Assembly: GCA_963801355.1 (NCBI GenBank) | Contig: CAWDEM010000004.1 | Location: forward strand, 992,001-1,056,000 | Direction of reading: 5' to 3' | Length of the DNA: 64,000 nucleotides | From: Ignavibacteriota bacterium | GTDB lineage: Bacteria; Bacteroidota; Ignavibacteria; UBA10030; UBA6906 | Shown here: piece after piece, positions 43,879-61,652 of the stretch | Layout of the letters: each line of letters begins with the position of its first letter | How positions within the stretch are numbered: the first letter of the stretch is position 1 | The notes under the pieces: generated by a model | Database searches by the model: none | What the model was told of the DNA's origin: nothing | What the model saw: the letters and a program-made list of their open reading frames with translations, nothing else | Made by a program: the position numbers and the translations under genes

Positions 43879-46800
43879 TTGAAGAATCAGGGCAACAAGC
43901 GTATCACGTTCGGCAAGATTCCGGAAATTATCGAATCGCCGGACCTGCTGAACATCCAGCTTGAGTCGTGGGAGAGCTTTCTGCAGGCCGACCTTGCACC
44001 CGCGCGGCGGAAGAATAAAGGGTTGCAGGCGGTCTTCAAAATGAATTTCCCGATCACCGACGCCAGGGAGAATTTCCTCCTGGAATTCATCGAGTACTAC
44101 GTCGAGAAGCCCAAGTACTCGGTGGCCGAATGCGTCGAACGCGGCCTCACCTACGCCGTCCCCGTCAAAGCCAAGCTGCGCCTCTCGCAGAAGTCGGAGG
44201 ACGGGAAGAGCTTCGTCAATACGATCGAGCAGGACGTCTACCTCGGCAACCTCCCCACCATGACCAACAAGGGGACGTACATCATCAACGGCGCCGAGCG
44301 CGTTGTCGTCAGCCAGCTGCACCGCTCCCCCGGTGTCTTCTTCAGCGAGTCAATGCACCCGAACGGCACGCCCATCTACTCCGCGCGCATTATCCCGTTC
44401 CGCGGCTCATGGGTGGAGTTCACGACCGACATCAACAACGTGATGTACGCCTATATCGACCGGAAGAAGAAGTTCCCCGTCACGACGCTGCTCCGCGCCC
44501 TGGGCTACTCCTCCGACGATGAAATCCTCGAATTGTTCAGCCTCGTCGAGGAAGTGGATCTCGGGAAATCAGATCTGAAGGACTTTGAGGGGCGGACCAT
44601 CTGCAGCGACGTCGTTGACAGGAAGACGGGCGAGATCTTCATTAATAAAGATACCGTCCTGACCGAAGAACACATCAAGAGAATTAAGAAGTCCGGCGTC
44701 AAGAAACTCCGCCTGCTCGTCCAGCAGGGCAGCGAAGAATCGGTGATTGCGAAGACCATCTCGAAGGACATTGTCCGCTCGGAAGAGGACGCGCTCACCG
44801 CGATCTACAAGCAGCTGCGTTCCGGGGATGCTCCCGACCTGGAAACCGCCAAAACCCTTATCGACCGCCTCTTCTTCAACGAGAAACGGTACGACCTCGG
44901 CGATGTCGGACGCTACCGCATCAACGGCAAGCTCGGCCTCACCATTCCGGTGAACACCACGACCCTGACCAAACAGGATATCGTGGCCATCATCAACTAC
45001 CTGATCGAGCTGCAGCAGAAGAAACGCTCCGTGGACGATATCGACCACCTTGGCAACCGCCGGGTGCGCACCGTCGGCGAGCAAATCGCGCAGCAGTTCA
45101 ACATCGGTCTCGCGCGCATGGCCCGCACCATCCGCGAACGCATGAACGTGCGTGACAGCGAAAACCTGACGCCGCAGGATATGGTGAACGCGCGGACGAT
45201 CAGCAGCGTCATCAATGCGTTTTTCGGGACGAATCCGCTCTCACAGTTCATGGATCAGACCAACCCGCTGGCGGAACTGACCAACAAGCGCCGTATGTCG
45301 GCCCTCGGACCCGGCGGTCTGACACGCGAGCGTGCCGGCTTCGAGGTGCGCGACGTCCACTATACGCACTACGGACGCCTGTGCCCGATTGAAACGCCGG
45401 AAGGTCCGAATATCGGACTGATTTCTTCGCTCTGTATCCATGCCCGGGTCAATGAATTCGGATTCATCGAAACACCGTACCGCAAGGTCAAGAACAGCCG
45501 CGTACTCGACGAAATCGAGTTCCTGACCGCCGAACAGGAAGACAATCACACGATCGCCCAGGCCAACGCGCCTCTGGACACGCGCGGCAATTTCCAGAGC
45601 GACCGTGTGAAGGCACGCTACCAGGGTGATTTCCCCGTCGTGAAGCCGGACGAGGTTCAGTACATGGACGTGGCGCCCAACCAGATCGTCAGCGCCGCCG
45701 CAGCCCTGATCCCGTTCCTCGAACACGACGACGCCAACCGCGCACTGATGGGATCCAACATGCAGCGCCAGGCGGTGCCGCTCCTCCGCCCCGAATCCCC
45801 TCTTGTGGGAACCGGCCTCGAGGAAAAGATCGCACGCGACGCACGCGCCGTGGTCGTGGCCGAGCGGAACGGCAATGTCGCGTACGTTGATGCGGACCGG
45901 ATCGTCGTGGAATATGATATCGACGAGAACAGCGTCGAAGCGCTCGTGTCCTTTGAGGACAAACGCCGGGTGGAGTACCCGCTGACAAAGTTCTTCCGGA
46001 CCAATCAGGATACGTGCATCAACCAGCGCGCCATTGTCAAACCGGGTGACCGGGTGCGCAAAGGCGACGTGCTCGCCGACGGCGCCGCCACCGAAGGCGG
46101 TGAGGTTGCCCTCGGCCACAATGTGGTCGTTGCGTTCATGCCCTGGAACGGGTACAACTTCGAAGATGCCATCATCGTCAGCGAACGCCTCGTCTCCAGA
46201 GATGTGTTCACCTCGATTCACATCGAGGAGTTCGAGCTGCAGGTGCGCGACACGAAGCGCGGGGAAGAAGAACTGACCCGGGAAATCCCGAACGTGAGCG
46301 AAGACGCCACGAAGGATCTGGACGAGAACGGAATCGTCCGCATCGGCGCTGAAGTGGTCGAAGGGGATATCCTTATCGGTAAAATCACCCCGAAGGGGGA
46401 ATCGGATCCCACGCCCGAAGAAAAACTGCTCAAGGCGATCTTCGGGGAAAAAGCCGGCGACGTGAAGGACGCGTCGTTGAAGGCGCCTCCCGGCATGAAG
46501 GGCGTCGTCATCAATACAAAACTCTTCAGCCGCAAGAAGAAAGATGCGGAGTCGAAGAAAGAAGACAAACGCCGGAGCGATGCACTGGACCGGCAGCGCC
46601 GCAAAGTGCTCGCGGACCTGCACGAGCGACTCGCGCGCAAACTGGGCGTGGTCCTGCAGGACGAAAAATCCGTCGGTGTGCGCGATACGGACGGCAATAT
46701 GGTGTTCCGCAGCGGCACCACGTTCAAGGTCGATACCTTCCAGACTTACGAAGAGCTGGAGAAACTCGACCCCGCGAATGACTGGGTGGAAGAGAAGCGG

Positions 46801-47643
46801 AAGAACGCGACGATCCAGAAGATTTTCGCCGCGTACTTCGACAAACTGGAAGGCGTGGAAGAAGAGTTCCGCCACGAGAAGAACAAGATCCAGCTCGGGG
46901 ACGAATTGCCCCCCGGCGTTGTGCAGCTGGCCAAGGTCTATGTGGCGAAGAAGCGGAAGCTGTCGGTGGGCGACAAAATGGCCGGCCGCCACGGGAACAA
47001 GGGTGTGGTGTCCCGTGTGGTGCCATCGGCGGACATGCCGTTCCTCCCCGACGGGACACCGGTCGATATCGTGCTGAACCCGCTCGGCGTGCCCTCGCGT
47101 ATGAACCTGGGTCAGTTGTACGAGACCGCACTGGGCTGGGCTGCGGCGGCGCTCGGCACACGGTACGCCTCACCGATTTTCGACGGCGCCACCTGGGAAG
47201 ACGTGCAGGCGGAACTGGGCAAGGCGGGACTCAGCCAGTCTTCGCGCTCGGTATTGTACGACGGCCGCACCGGCGACAAGTTCGACCAGGAGGTGACGGT
47301 CGGCGTCATCTATATGTTGAAGCTGTCGCATCTCGTGGACGATAAGATTCATGCCCGGTCCATCGGGCCGTATTCGCTCATCACTCAGCAGCCGCTCGGC
47401 GGCAAGGCCCAGTTCGGCGGCCAGAGGTTCGGCGAGATGGAGGTGTGGGCGCTTGAGGCCTACGGCGCTGCCCATGTACTGCAGGAAATTCTCACCGTCA
47501 AGAGTGATGATGTCGCCGGTCGCGCAAAAGTGTACGAAGCGATCGTCAAGGGCGACAATCTCCCCGACTCGAACGTCCCCGAATCGTTCAATGTGTTGAT
47601 CCGGGAATTGATGGGTCTGGGGCTGGATGTGAAACTCGAGTAG
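43879..47643 (+). CDS. rpoB: RNA polymerase beta subunit
   Basis: [60 protein letters not shown]; TTG 43879 is 8 nt after AAGGAG (GTG 43870/43873 are alternatives). Confidence 0.98.
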   Translation: MKNQGNKRITFGKIPEIIESPDLLNIQLESWESFLQADLAPARRKNKGLQAVFKMNFPITDARENFLLEFIEYYVEKPKYSVAECVERGLTYAVPVKAKLRLSQKSEDGKSFVNTIEQDVYLGNLPTMTNKGTYIINGAERVVVSQLHRSPGVFFSESMHPNGTPIYSARIIPFRGSWVEFTTDINNVMYAYIDRKKKFPVTTLLRALGYSSDDEILELFSLVEEVDLGKSDLKDFEGRTICSDVVDRKTGEIFINKDTVLTEEHIKRIKKSGVKKLRLLVQQGSEESVIAKTISKDIVRSEEDALTAIYKQLRSGDAPDLETAKTLIDRLFFNEKRYDLGDVGRYRINGKLGLTIPVNTTTLTKQDIVAIINYLIELQQKKRSVDDIDHLGNRRVRTVGEQIAQQFNIGLARMARTIRERMNVRDSENLTPQDMVNARTISSVINAFFGTNPLSQFMDQTNPLAELTNKRRMSALGPGGLTRERAGFEVRDVHYTHYGRLCPIETPEGPNIGLISSLCIHARVNEFGFIETPYRKVKNSRVLDEIEFLTAEQEDNHTIAQANAPLDTRGNFQSDRVKARYQGDFPVVKPDEVQYMDVAPNQIVSAAAALIPFLEHDDANRALMGSNMQRQAVPLLRPESPLVGTGLEEKIARDARAVVVAERNGNVAYVDADRIVVEYDIDENSVEALVSFEDKRRVEYPLTKFFRTNQDTCINQRAIVKPGDRVRKGDVLADGAATEGGEVALGHNVVVAFMPWNGYNFEDAIIVSERLVSRDVFTSIHIEEFELQVRDTKRGEEELTREIPNVSEDATKDLDENGIVRIGAEVVEGDILIGKITPKGESDPTPEEKLLKAIFGEKAGDVKDASLKAPPGMKGVVINTKLFSRKKKDAESKKEDKRRSDALDRQRRKVLADLHERLARKLGVVLQDEKSVGVRDTDGNMVFRSGTTFKVDTFQTYEELEKLDPANDWVEEKRKNATIQKIFAAYFDKLEGVEEEFRHEKNKIQLGDELPPGVVQLAKVYVAKKRKLSVGDKMAGRHGNKGVVSRVVPSADMPFLPDGTPVDIVLNPLGVPSRMNLGQLYETALGWAAAALGTRYASPIFDGATWEDVQAELGKAGLSQSSRSVLYDGRTGDKFDQEVTVGVIYMLKLSHLVDDKIHARSIGPYSLITQQPLGGKAQFGGQRFGEMEVWALEAYGAAHVLQEILTVKSDDVAGRAKVYEAIVKGDNLPDSNVPESFNVLIRELMGLGLDVKLE

Positions 47644-47671
47644 CTTGACCACCGGAAGGAGGGAAGCCCTT

Positions 47672-51945
<4,274 letters not shown>

Positions 51946-51949
<4 letters not shown>

Positions 51950-51974
51950 CATTAAATAGTGCATTTCGTACCTT
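51946..51974 (+). promoter_or_regulatory. str-operon promoter TTGACA-N17-TACCTT overlapping the rpoC stop codon
   Basis: Perfect -35 contains the rpoC TGA; 17-nt spacer; 47 nt before the rpsL GTG. Confidence 0.75.
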
Positions 51975-52021
51975 GAAAAGCTGTCTTTCTACGTAACGAA
52001 TTTGCCGTTCCGGAGCAATAC

Positions 52022-52402
52022 GTGCCAACCATCAACCAGTTGATTCGCAAAAGCCGCCACGCGGTGACCTATAAAAGCAAGGCGCCGGCGATGGGTGGGA
52101 ACCCGCAGAAACGCGGAGTCTGCACCCGCGTCTACACGACCACGCCGAAGAAACCCAATTCCGCGTTGCGGAAGGTGGCGCGTGTCCGCCTCGTCAACGG
52201 GATCGAGGTGACCGCCTACATCCCGGGTGAAGGGCACAACCTGCAGGAACACTCGATTGTCATGATTCGCGGGGGCAGGGTCAAAGATCTCCCCGGCGTC
52301 CGGTACCATATCATTCGCGGTACGCTGGATACGGCAGGCGTAGCCGAGCGCAAGCAGGGCAGGTCAAAGTACGGCGCCAAACGCGCAAAGAAAACTGCGT
52401 AG
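52022..52402 (+). CDS. rpsL: 30S ribosomal protein S12
   Basis: [22 protein letters not shown]. Confidence 0.98.
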   Translation: MPTINQLIRKSRHAVTYKSKAPAMGGNPQKRGVCTRVYTTTPKKPNSALRKVARVRLVNGIEVTAYIPGEGHNLQEHSIVMIRGGRVKDLPGVRYHIIRGTLDTAGVAERKQGRSKYGAKRAKKTA

Positions 52403-52427
52403 CAATCCTAACCCAGGTCCTTAGCCA

Positions 52428-52895
52428 GTGAGAAAGAAGAGAGCGGCAACACGGCATCGGGTTCCCGATCCCAAATTCAATGATGTGCTGGTATCGGAAT
52501 TCGTCAACAATATCATGAAGGCGGGAAAGAAGCACACCGCCCGGCGTATCCTCTACGATGCGTTCAGCATCATCGAGGAACGGACGAAGGCAGCCGGCCT
52601 GGACGTCTTCAAGAAGGCGGTCTCCAATACGCGGCCGGTCCTGGAAGTCAAGGCGCGGCGTGTCGGCGGCGCCACCTACCAGGTGCCAACCGAAGTGCGC
52701 GCGGGCCGGAGCACGGCCCTCGCCATCCGCTGGCTCATCGGGTATGCGAGCGACCGCAAGGAGCGCTCCATGGCCCACAAACTTGCGTCAGAATTCATCG
52801 CCGCCTCGAACGGCGAAGGTAGTTCCATTAAGAAAAAGGAAGAAACCCACAGAATGGCCGAAGCCAACAAGGCCTTCGCCCATTTCAAGTGGTAA
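52428..52895 (+). CDS. rpsG: 30S ribosomal protein S7
   Basis: RRVGGATYQVP, HRMAEANKAFAH. Confidence 0.98.
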   Translation: MRKKRAATRHRVPDPKFNDVLVSEFVNNIMKAGKKHTARRILYDAFSIIEERTKAAGLDVFKKAVSNTRPVLEVKARRVGGATYQVPTEVRAGRSTALAIRWLIGYASDRKERSMAHKLASEFIAASNGEGSSIKKKEETHRMAEANKAFAHFKW

Positions 52896-52901
52896 GACGG
52901 A

Positions 52902-55004
52902 ATGCCGCGACTGTATCCGCTTGAGCGGACGCGCAATATCGGCATCAGCGCGCACATCGATGCCGGAAAAACCACAACGACGGAACGCATCCTGTTCTAC
53001 ACGGGCGTGGTGCACCGCATGGGCGAAGTCCATGACGGCGCCGCTACCATGGACTGGATGGAGCAGGAGAAAGAGCGCGGCATCACGATCACCTCGGCGG
53101 CGACCACCTGCTTCTGGCATAATCACCGCGTGAATATCATCGACACACCGGGTCATGTGGACTTCACCGCCGAAGTGGAGCGCTCGCTCCGCGTGCTGGA
53201 TGGCGCTGTGGCGCTGTTCTGCGCCGTCGGCGGCGTGGAACCGCAGTCGGAGACCGTCTGGCGTCAGATGGACAAGTACGGTGTACCGCGCATCGCGTTT
53301 GTGAACAAGATGGACCGCGTGGGTGCCGACTTCCTCAATGTGGTGCAAATGATGAAGGCGCGCCTCGGCACGAATGCCGTGCCCGTCCAGATCCCCGTCG
53401 GCGAAGGCGATATGTTCGCCGGGGTGATCGACCTGGTCACCATGAAGGCCCGCATGTACCGCGACTCGTCGCTGGGCACGGAATGGGACGAGATCCCCAT
53501 ACCGCACGACATGCTCGGCCGGGCTCAGGCGTACCGGACAAAGATGCTCGAAGCGGTCTCCGACGAGGACGACACGCTGCTGGGAAAATATCTCGAGGGG
53601 AAAGAAATTACGCCGGACGAGATCAGGGTCGTCCTGCGCCGCGCGTGCCTCAAAGTCAGCATCATTCCGGTACTGTGCGGCAGTTCCTTCAAGAACAAAG
53701 GCGTCCAGCAATTGCTCGACGCCGTCATCGACTACCTCCCGTCGCCCCTCGACCTGAACGATGGACGCGTTGTCGGCCACCATATCAACCTGACCGACAA
53801 GATCGAGCGGAAGGTGTCCGACAGCGAACCGTTCACCGCGCTCGCATTCAAAATCATGACCGACCCGTTTGTGGGAAAACTCACCTACTTCAGGGTCTAT
53901 ACCGGGACGCTCACATCCGGGTCGTATATCTACAATCCGATCAACGACAAGAAAGAGCGCCTCAGCCGCATTCTCCGGATGCACGCCAACTCCCGTGAAG
54001 ACGTCGAGGAAGCGTATTCGGGTGACATCGTCGCCGCGGTGGGGTTGAAACACACGCGGACCGGCGACACGTTGTGTGACGAAGCGGATCCGATCATCCT
54101 CGAGAAAATGACGTTCCCCGATCCGGTGATTCACGTGGCGATCGAGGCCAAGACGAAGGGGGATCAGGAAAAGCTCGCGGAGGCAATGCTTAAGCTCTCC
54201 GAGGAAGATCCAACGCTGCGGATTTCCACAAACCCGGAGACTGGTCAGAACATTATCAGCGGTATGGGCGAGCTGCATCTGGAGATTATCATCGACCGGA
54301 TGCGGCGCGAGTTCAAAGTGGTGGCAAACATCGGCAAGCCGCAGGTGGCGTACAAGGAAACGATTCGCAAGAAGGTGCAGGCGGAAGGGAAGTTCGTGCG
54401 CCAGAGCGGCGGCCGCGGGCAGTTCGGGCATGTGTGGCTGGAAGTCATGCCGAACGTGAAGGGGAAGGGTTTCGAGTTCGAAAACGACATTGTCGGCGGC
54501 ACGATTCCGCGGGAGTATATCCGTCCGGTGGAACAGGGCGTTGTGGAAGCGATGCGGAACGGCGTCCTGGCGGGATACCCCATGGAGGATATCAAGGTAC
54601 GGCTGTACGATGGCTCGTTTCACGAGGTCGACTCGTCAGAAATGGCCTTCAAGATCGCCGGCTCCATGGCCTTTAAAGAGGGCGCACGGAGGGCCGATCC
54701 GGTCATCCTCGAGCCGATCATGGGCGTCGAAGTGGTGACACCCGAAGAGTATATGGGGGATGTGATGGGCGATCTGAACTCCCGCCGCGGGAAGATTACC
54801 GGCATGGCTCCGCGGAAGGATGCGCAGGTCATCCGCGCCAACGTACCCCTGTCGGAAATGTTCGGGTATTCGACCGTGCTCCGGTCCATGACGCAGGGCC
54901 GCGCAATCTACACCATGGAGATCTCGCACTACGACGAGACCCCGCGTAGTGTGGCAGATCAGATTATCGAGAAGATCAAAGGCAAAGACACAGCGACCGC
55001 ATAA
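52902..55004 (+). CDS. fusA: Elongation factor G
   Basis: [40 protein letters not shown]. Confidence 0.98.
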   Translation: MPRLYPLERTRNIGISAHIDAGKTTTTERILFYTGVVHRMGEVHDGAATMDWMEQEKERGITITSAATTCFWHNHRVNIIDTPGHVDFTAEVERSLRVLDGAVALFCAVGGVEPQSETVWRQMDKYGVPRIAFVNKMDRVGADFLNVVQMMKARLGTNAVPVQIPVGEGDMFAGVIDLVTMKARMYRDSSLGTEWDEIPIPHDMLGRAQAYRTKMLEAVSDEDDTLLGKYLEGKEITPDEIRVVLRRACLKVSIIPVLCGSSFKNKGVQQLLDAVIDYLPSPLDLNDGRVVGHHINLTDKIERKVSDSEPFTALAFKIMTDPFVGKLTYFRVYTGTLTSGSYIYNPINDKKERLSRILRMHANSREDVEEAYSGDIVAAVGLKHTRTGDTLCDEADPIILEKMTFPDPVIHVAIEAKTKGDQEKLAEAMLKLSEEDPTLRISTNPETGQNIISGMGELHLEIIIDRMRREFKVVANIGKPQVAYKETIRKKVQAEGKFVRQSGGRGQFGHVWLEVMPNVKGKGFEFENDIVGGTIPREYIRPVEQGVVEAMRNGVLAGYPMEDIKVRLYDGSFHEVDSSEMAFKIAGSMAFKEGARRADPVILEPIMGVEVVTPEEYMGDVMGDLNSRRGKITGMAPRKDAQVIRANVPLSEMFGYSTVLRSMTQGRAIYTMEISHYDETPRSVADQIIEKIKGKDTATA

Positions 55005-55034
55005 ATTTTCCGTCTATCCAGAGGAGAACATACA

Positions 55035-56246
<1,212 letters not shown>

Positions 56247-56268
56247 TTCCCATTGGAGTGGTATTCAC

Positions 56269-56577
56269 GTGGCCGGACAAAAGATACGAATCAAACTCAA
56301 GTCGTACGATCACAACCTGATCGACAAGTCTGCGGAAAAAATCATCAAGACTGTCAAGTCAACAGGCGCTGTGGTCTCCGGCCCGATTCCGTTACCCACG
56401 AAGCGTACGGTGTATACTGTGCTTCGTTCACCTCATGTGGATAAGAAGTCGAGGGAGCAGTTCGAGACGCGCTCGCACAAGAGGCTGATCGACATACTCA
56501 ACTCGACGAACAGGACCGTCGATTCCCTGATGAAGCTGGATCTTCCCGCGGGCGTCGACGTCGAGATCAAGGTCTAA
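56269..56577 (+). CDS. rpsJ: 30S ribosomal protein S10
   Basis: [21 protein letters not shown]. Confidence 0.98.
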   Translation: MAGQKIRIKLKSYDHNLIDKSAEKIIKTVKSTGAVVSGPIPLPTKRTVYTVLRSPHVDKKSREQFETRSHKRLIDILNSTNRTVDSLMKLDLPAGVDVEIKV

Positions 56578-56727
56578 CCCGCATACGAGCAGTTCGGTGA
56601 CTGTCCCCCGGGGGCATGGTGCTCCCGGGGCGACGGGAAAACGGCGTCGGGAGCAGTGCCCACAACGGCACAGGTGTGTCGCAGGGTGGACTCGTGACGG
56701 TATGTGCATGCATACATGGATGGTGGT

Positions 56728-57363
56728 ATGACAGGACTACTTGGAAAAAAATTGGGCATGACCAGCATCTTCGATGATGCGGGTCACGTCATTCCCTGCA
56801 CGGTCATCGAAGCCGGCCCGTGCTACGTCACACAGATAAAGACTGTGGATCATGACGGGTACGAGGCGGTGCAAGTCGGGTTCGAAGAACGGAAGGAGCG
56901 CACGGTGACAAAACCGTTGCGCGGCCATTTTGCCCGTGCGAACGTGAAGCCCACCCGCCTGGTGCGGGAGTTCCGCGGCAACGGCGTCAGCGACGTTCAA
57001 CCCGGTCAGGAAATCAAGGTCGACCGCGTCTTCACCAAAGGCGACATCGTCAAGGTGGTGGGAACGTCGAAAGGGAAAGGTTTTCAGGGCGTGGTGCGGC
57101 GTCACCACTTCGGTGGTGGCTCGAAGACCCACGGCCAGAGCGATCGCCAGCGGGCCCCGGGCTCCATCGGCTCCTCTTCGTATCCCTCGCGGGTGTTCCG
57201 CGGCCAGCGCATGGCCGGACGCATGGGCGGAGAGCAGGTGACGGTGCGCAACCTCATGGTGGTCGGCGTGATTCCCGATTCGAATCTCCTGCTGATCAAA
57301 GGTTCGGTACCGGGCGCTATCAACGGCTATCTTGAGATCCACAAGGTGAAGTCTCACCAGTAA
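56728..57363 (+). CDS. rplC: 50S ribosomal protein L3
   Basis: GLLGKKLGMT, SKGKGFQGVVRRH, RAPGSIG. Confidence 0.97.
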   Translation: MTGLLGKKLGMTSIFDDAGHVIPCTVIEAGPCYVTQIKTVDHDGYEAVQVGFEERKERTVTKPLRGHFARANVKPTRLVREFRGNGVSDVQPGQEIKVDRVFTKGDIVKVVGTSKGKGFQGVVRRHHFGGGSKTHGQSDRQRAPGSIGSSSYPSRVFRGQRMAGRMGGEQVTVRNLMVVGVIPDSNLLLIKGSVPGAINGYLEIHKVKSHQ

Positions 57364-57378
57364 CCAATGGGTGTGGCG

Positions 57379-58008
57379 ATGGAATTGGAAGTCTATAAGA
57401 AAGACGGCACAAAGAGCGGCGAGAAGGTGAAGCTCTCCGAGGAAATCTTCGGCGTTGAGCCGAATATGCATCTCGTCTACCGCGCGGTGCGGACCTACCT
57501 GGACAACCAGCGTCAGGGGACGGCGAAGCTGAAGACACGCGAAGAGGTGCGGGGCGGGGGAAAGAAACCGTTCCGCCAGAAACACACCGGCATGGCGCGG
57601 CAGGGAAGCTCACGGTCGCCCGTGATGGTCGGCGGCGGCGCGATCTTCGGGCCGAAACCCCGGGACTACTCCTCAATGCTGCCGGCGACGATGCGCCGCG
57701 CCGCCCGCAAGTCGGCCCTCTCGATCAAGGCCCGTGACGGTCAGATCAAGGTGGTGGAGGATTTTTCGTTCGACGCCCCCAAAACCAAAGAGCTGGTGGT
57801 TGTCCTGAAGGCACTCGCGCTGGGTGACACCAAGACTCTTCTCCTGCTTGCGAAGCCGGATGCCGCGGTGGTGAGGTCGGGCCGGAATATTCCGCGCCTG
57901 CAGGTTGCCCAGGCCGATAAGGCATCCACCTATGATTTCGTGAACACGCAGGTGCTGCTGATCCAGAAAAGCGCTCTGGAAGTCCTGCAGAATACGTTCA
58001 AAAACTAA
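57379..58008 (+). CDS. rplD: 50S ribosomal protein L4
   Basis: RQGTA, GGGKKPFRQKHTGMARQGS, FGPKPRDY; alternative ATG at 57367. Confidence 0.97.
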   Translation: MELEVYKKDGTKSGEKVKLSEEIFGVEPNMHLVYRAVRTYLDNQRQGTAKLKTREEVRGGGKKPFRQKHTGMARQGSSRSPVMVGGGAIFGPKPRDYSSMLPATMRRAARKSALSIKARDGQIKVVEDFSFDAPKTKELVVVLKALALGDTKTLLLLAKPDAAVVRSGRNIPRLQVAQADKASTYDFVNTQVLLIQKSALEVLQNTFKN

Positions 58009-58023
58009 CGCGGCGGATCGAAC

Positions 58024-58314
58024 ATGAAGTCCATACTGAAACGCCCCATCGTCACGGAGAAGATGACTGAGCTGCAGGAGAAGGGGCATTATGCCTTCGA
58101 AGTGGATCTGGCGGCAAACAAGATCGCCATCGCCCGTGCAGTGGCAAAGAAATTCAACGTGACCGTGCTGGATGTGCGCACGGTGCGCGTCAAGGGGAAG
58201 ACCAAGTCGCAGATGACGCGCCGGGGCCGGTTTGCCGGCCGCACGCCCGAGTGGAAAAAGGCGATTGTGCGCCTCAAAGAAGGCGACAAGATCGAATTCT
58301 TCCAGAATGTCTGA
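58024..58314 (+). CDS. rplW: 50S ribosomal protein L23
   Basis: [14 protein letters not shown]. Confidence 0.97.
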   Translation: MKSILKRPIVTEKMTELQEKGHYAFEVDLAANKIAIARAVAKKFNVTVLDVRTVRVKGKTKSQMTRRGRFAGRTPEWKKAIVRLKEGDKIEFFQNV

Positions 58315-58339
58315 TCGATTAACAGGATAGAGTGCAATC

Positions 58340-59167
58340 ATGGCCATTCGGAAGTTGAAGCCGGTGACGCCGGGAACGCGATGGGCGTCGGTGCCTGCGT
58401 TCACGGAAATCACCAAGACGCGGCCCGAGAAATCCCTCATCGAGCCGTTAAAACGCACCGGGGGGCGGAACAACACCGGACGGATCACGTCGCGTCACCG
58501 CGGCGGCGGGCACAAGCGTTTCTACCGCATCATCGATTTCAAGCGGAACAAAGTTGGGATGGACGCCACCGTTGCGGCGATCGAGTACGATCCGAATCGT
58601 TCCGCGCGTCTTGCGTTGCTGCAGTACAAAGACGGCGAGCGCCGGTATATCCTCGCTCCGGACGGCGTGAAGGTGGGTGAGGTGCTCCGGTCCGGCCCGG
58701 ATGCGGAAATCAAACCGGGCAATGCCATGCCGCTGGCGAACATACCGGCCGGCACATTCGTGCACAATATCGAGATCCGGCCGGGCAAAGGCGCCCAGAT
58801 GGCGCGCAGCGCCGGCATGGCCGTGCAGCTGATGGCCAAGGAAGGGAAGCTCGCCCAGTTGCGCCTCCCGTCAGGCGAAGTGCGCAGCGTGTCCATCGAT
58901 TGTCTGGCCACCATCGGTGCCGTCGGCAATGCGGATCACGAGAACCTCAGCGTCGGCAAGGCGGGCCGGTCGCGCTGGCTCGGCATCCGCCCGCAATCGC
59001 GCGGCGTCGTCATGAACCCGGTCGATCACCCGCATGGCGGTGGTGAAGGAAAGTCGCCCCAGGGAAATCCACACCCGGTCTCACCGTGGGGATGGCTGAC
59101 AAAGGGGAAGAAGACACGGAAGACGAAAAAGGCATCCAGCAAGTTCATCGTGAAACGGAGAAGGTGA
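58340..59167 (+). CDS. rplB: 50S ribosomal protein L2
   Basis: [32 protein letters not shown]. Confidence 0.98.
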   Translation: MAIRKLKPVTPGTRWASVPAFTEITKTRPEKSLIEPLKRTGGRNNTGRITSRHRGGGHKRFYRIIDFKRNKVGMDATVAAIEYDPNRSARLALLQYKDGERRYILAPDGVKVGEVLRSGPDAEIKPGNAMPLANIPAGTFVHNIEIRPGKGAQMARSAGMAVQLMAKEGKLAQLRLPSGEVRSVSIDCLATIGAVGNADHENLSVGKAGRSRWLGIRPQSRGVVMNPVDHPHGGGEGKSPQGNPHPVSPWGWLTKGKKTRKTKKASSKFIVKRRR

Positions 59168-59171
59168 CGGT

Positions 59172-59459
59172 ATGAGCCGTTCGCTGAAAAAAGGACCGTT
59201 CGTGAGCAACCGGGTGGCGGAGCAGGTTGCGGCGCTCAACAAATCGAACCAGAAGAAGGTGGTGAAGACCTGGTCGCGCGCATCGACGATCACCCCCGAG
59301 TTCGTGGGGCACACCTTCGCGGTGCACAACGGGAACAAGTTCATCCCGGTCTATGTGCACGAAGGGATGGTGGGTCACAAGCTGGGCGAGTTCGCACCGA
59401 CGCGGTTGTTCCGCGGACACCCCGGTGTGAAGAAGGAAGAAACGACGAAGGCGGGATAA
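59172..59459 (+). CDS. rpsS: 30S ribosomal protein S19
   Basis: [27 protein letters not shown]. Confidence 0.98.
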   Translation: MSRSLKKGPFVSNRVAEQVAALNKSNQKKVVKTWSRASTITPEFVGHTFAVHNGNKFIPVYVHEGMVGHKLGEFAPTRLFRGHPGVKKEETTKAG

Positions 59460-59465
59460 GCACGC

Positions 59466-59939
59466 ATGGAAGCACGAGCCATACACCGGTATATCGGCAC
59501 CTCGCCGCGTAAGATGCGGCTGGTTATCGATCTCATCCGCGGCAAATCGGTGGATGAGGCACTGAACATCCTCCACTACTCGCCGAAGCATCCCGCGCGC
59601 GTGGCCGAGAAAGTCCTGCGTTCCGCGGTCTCGAACCTGCAGAACAAGGACGAGGCCGGACGCCTGGAACCGGGCGAGATGATTGTGAAGGAGGCCTACG
59701 TGGATGTGGGGATGGTCATGAAGCGCATCCTTCCCGCACCGATGGGCCGCGCCTTCCGCGTGCGGAAACGCTCCAATCATGTGACGATTGTCGTTGCACC
59801 GAAACAAGCGATCCGTCGGACTGCGGCACCCAAGCGGACCAAGACGGAGAAGACAGTCAACGCGCCGGCGAAGAAAGCCGCCGCGAAGCCGGCCGCAAAG
59901 CCGGTTGCGAAGCCGGCTGCAAAGAAGGCATCGAAGTAA
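59466..59939 (+). CDS. rplV: 50S ribosomal protein L22 with a Lys/Ala/Pro-rich C-terminal tail
   Basis: [22 protein letters not shown]. Confidence 0.97.
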   Translation: MEARAIHRYIGTSPRKMRLVIDLIRGKSVDEALNILHYSPKHPARVAEKVLRSAVSNLQNKDEAGRLEPGEMIVKEAYVDVGMVMKRILPAPMGRAFRVRKRSNHVTIVVAPKQAIRRTAAPKRTKTEKTVNAPAKKAAAKPAAKPVAKPAAKKASK

Positions 59940-59959
59940 ACGCACTGCAAGGAGCTGAC

Positions 59960-60640
59960 GTGGGACAGAAAGCACATCCGATCGGTTTGCGCCTGGGGAT
60001 CATCAGGTCCTGGGATTCCAACTGGTACGATGAGAAATCATTCGGGAGCAAGCTGGAGGAGGACCGCACGATCCGGAACTACGTGCGCAACCGTCTGAAG
60101 AAGGCCGGCATTTCGCGGGTCATGATCGAGCGGACACCGAAGCGCGCGGTCATCACCATCAATACCTCCCGTCCCGGCATCGTGATCGGCCGCAGCGGCA
60201 AGGAGATCTCCCAGCTCGAGGAAGAGCTGAAGAAGATCACGAACAAGGAAGTGAAGATTCTCATCAACGAGATCAAGCGGCCGGAGCTGGATGCCTTTCT
60301 GGTGGCGGAAAATATTGCCCAGCAGCTGGAGGGACGCATTGCGTTCCGCCGGGCGATGAAGAACGGGATCACCGCCGCGATGCGCATGGGGGCGGAGGGT
60401 ATTCGTGTGAAAAGCGCCGGCCGTCTGGGTGGTGCCGAAATGGCGCGCACGGAGCAGTACAAAGAAGGACGCATTCCGCTGCACACACTCAGGGCGGATA
60501 TCGATTATGCCACCGCGACCGCGCGGACCATCTACGGCGCCATCGGCGTCAAGGTATGGATCTGCAAGGGTGAGGTGCTGGATGCGCAGCAGAACATGGA
60601 GCGTCCGATGCCTTCCCGCCGCGGACAGGAACGCGGATAA
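59960..60640 (+). CDS. rpsC: 30S ribosomal protein S3
   Basis: [33 protein letters not shown]. Confidence 0.98.
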   Translation: MGQKAHPIGLRLGIIRSWDSNWYDEKSFGSKLEEDRTIRNYVRNRLKKAGISRVMIERTPKRAVITINTSRPGIVIGRSGKEISQLEEELKKITNKEVKILINEIKRPELDAFLVAENIAQQLEGRIAFRRAMKNGITAAMRMGAEGIRVKSAGRLGGAEMARTEQYKEGRIPLHTLRADIDYATATARTIYGAIGVKVWICKGEVLDAQQNMERPMPSRRGQERG

Positions 60641-60658
60641 CGCAGGAGAACTTCGACA

Positions 60659-61081
60659 ATGTTGATGCCCAAGAGAGTCAAATTCAGGAAAGCCCAGCGT
60701 GGACGGATGCGGGGGAAGGCGACCCGCGGTGACCGGGTGAATTTCGGGGATTTCGGCCTGAAGGCGTTGGAACCCGCCTGGATTACCCAGCGCCAGATCG
60801 AAGCCGCCCGCGTGACGCTGACCCGCATGATGAAACGGGAGGGGCAGATCTGGATCAGAATATTCCCGGATAAGCCGGTGACGAAGAAACCCGCTGAAAC
60901 CCGCATGGGGAAAGGCAAGGGGGCGCCCGAGTACTGGGTTGCAGTGGTGAAGCCGGGACGTATCATGTTTGAAGTGGGCGGCACGGTCAAGGCGACGGCG
61001 CTTGAGGCCTTACGGCTTGCCTCGCACAAACTGCCGATCCGCACGAAAATCAGTATCAGGCCCGACTACGAAGGCGCCTGA
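60659..61081 (+). CDS. rplP: 50S ribosomal protein L16
   Basis: [20 protein letters not shown]. Confidence 0.98.
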   Translation: MLMPKRVKFRKAQRGRMRGKATRGDRVNFGDFGLKALEPAWITQRQIEAARVTLTRMMKREGQIWIRIFPDKPVTKKPAETRMGKGKGAPEYWVAVVKPGRIMFEVGGTVKATALEALRLASHKLPIRTKISIRPDYEGA

Positions 61082-61098
61082 GGCAAACGGGAGAGCGT

Positions 61099-61344
61099 AT
61101 GAAGGCTCATGAACTCAATGCATTGTCGGTCCAGGAATTGCGTCAGCGGCTCGGTGACGAACAGGAGAGCCTGGCAAACCTGCGTTTTCAGCTGGCGACT
61201 AGCCAGCTCGAGAGTCCTATAAAAGTGCGCACCGTGCGCCGTGACATCGCGCGGATTCTCACGGTGTTGCGCACGAAGGAGCCCGCCGCCGCAGCGACCC
61301 CGGCACCGACATCGACGAAGACCAACGAGGTGAAAACGTCATGA
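61099..61344 (+). CDS. rpmC: 50S ribosomal protein L29
   Basis: [21 protein letters not shown]. Confidence 0.96.
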   Translation: MKAHELNALSVQELRQRLGDEQESLANLRFQLATSQLESPIKVRTVRRDIARILTVLRTKEPAAAATPAPTSTKTNEVKTS

Positions 61345-61628
61345 CCGCAGTCGACGCAACAGCCGCCACGCCGAAGCGTTCCACCCGTCGCAAAGTGCGT
61401 GTGGGAAAAGTGGTGAGCACGAAGATGCAGAAAAGTATTCTGGTGACCATCGAACGCAGGGTGCCGCATCCGGTGTACAAGAAGATTTTCCGCCGCACCA
61501 CGCAATTGATGGCGCACGACGAAGAGCGCGTGGCGAAAGTCGGCGACACGGTAAAAATCATGGAAACCCGCCCGATCAGCAGACATAAACGGTGGCGGCT
61601 GGTGGAAGTACTCGAAAAAGCAAAGTGA
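61341..61628 (+). CDS. rpsQ: 30S ribosomal protein S17
   Basis: [27 protein letters not shown]. Confidence 0.97.
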   Translation: MTAVDATAATPKRSTRRKVRVGKVVSTKMQKSILVTIERRVPHPVYKKIFRRTTQLMAHDEERVAKVGDTVKIMETRPISRHKRWRLVEVLEKAK

Positions 61629-61652
61629 GCAAGGGCCCACGGAGTCAATGCA

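Noticed and set aside
52022-52402. Streptomycin-resistance substitutions in S12
   Set aside because: Both lysines (PKKPNS and RVKDLPG) are wild type
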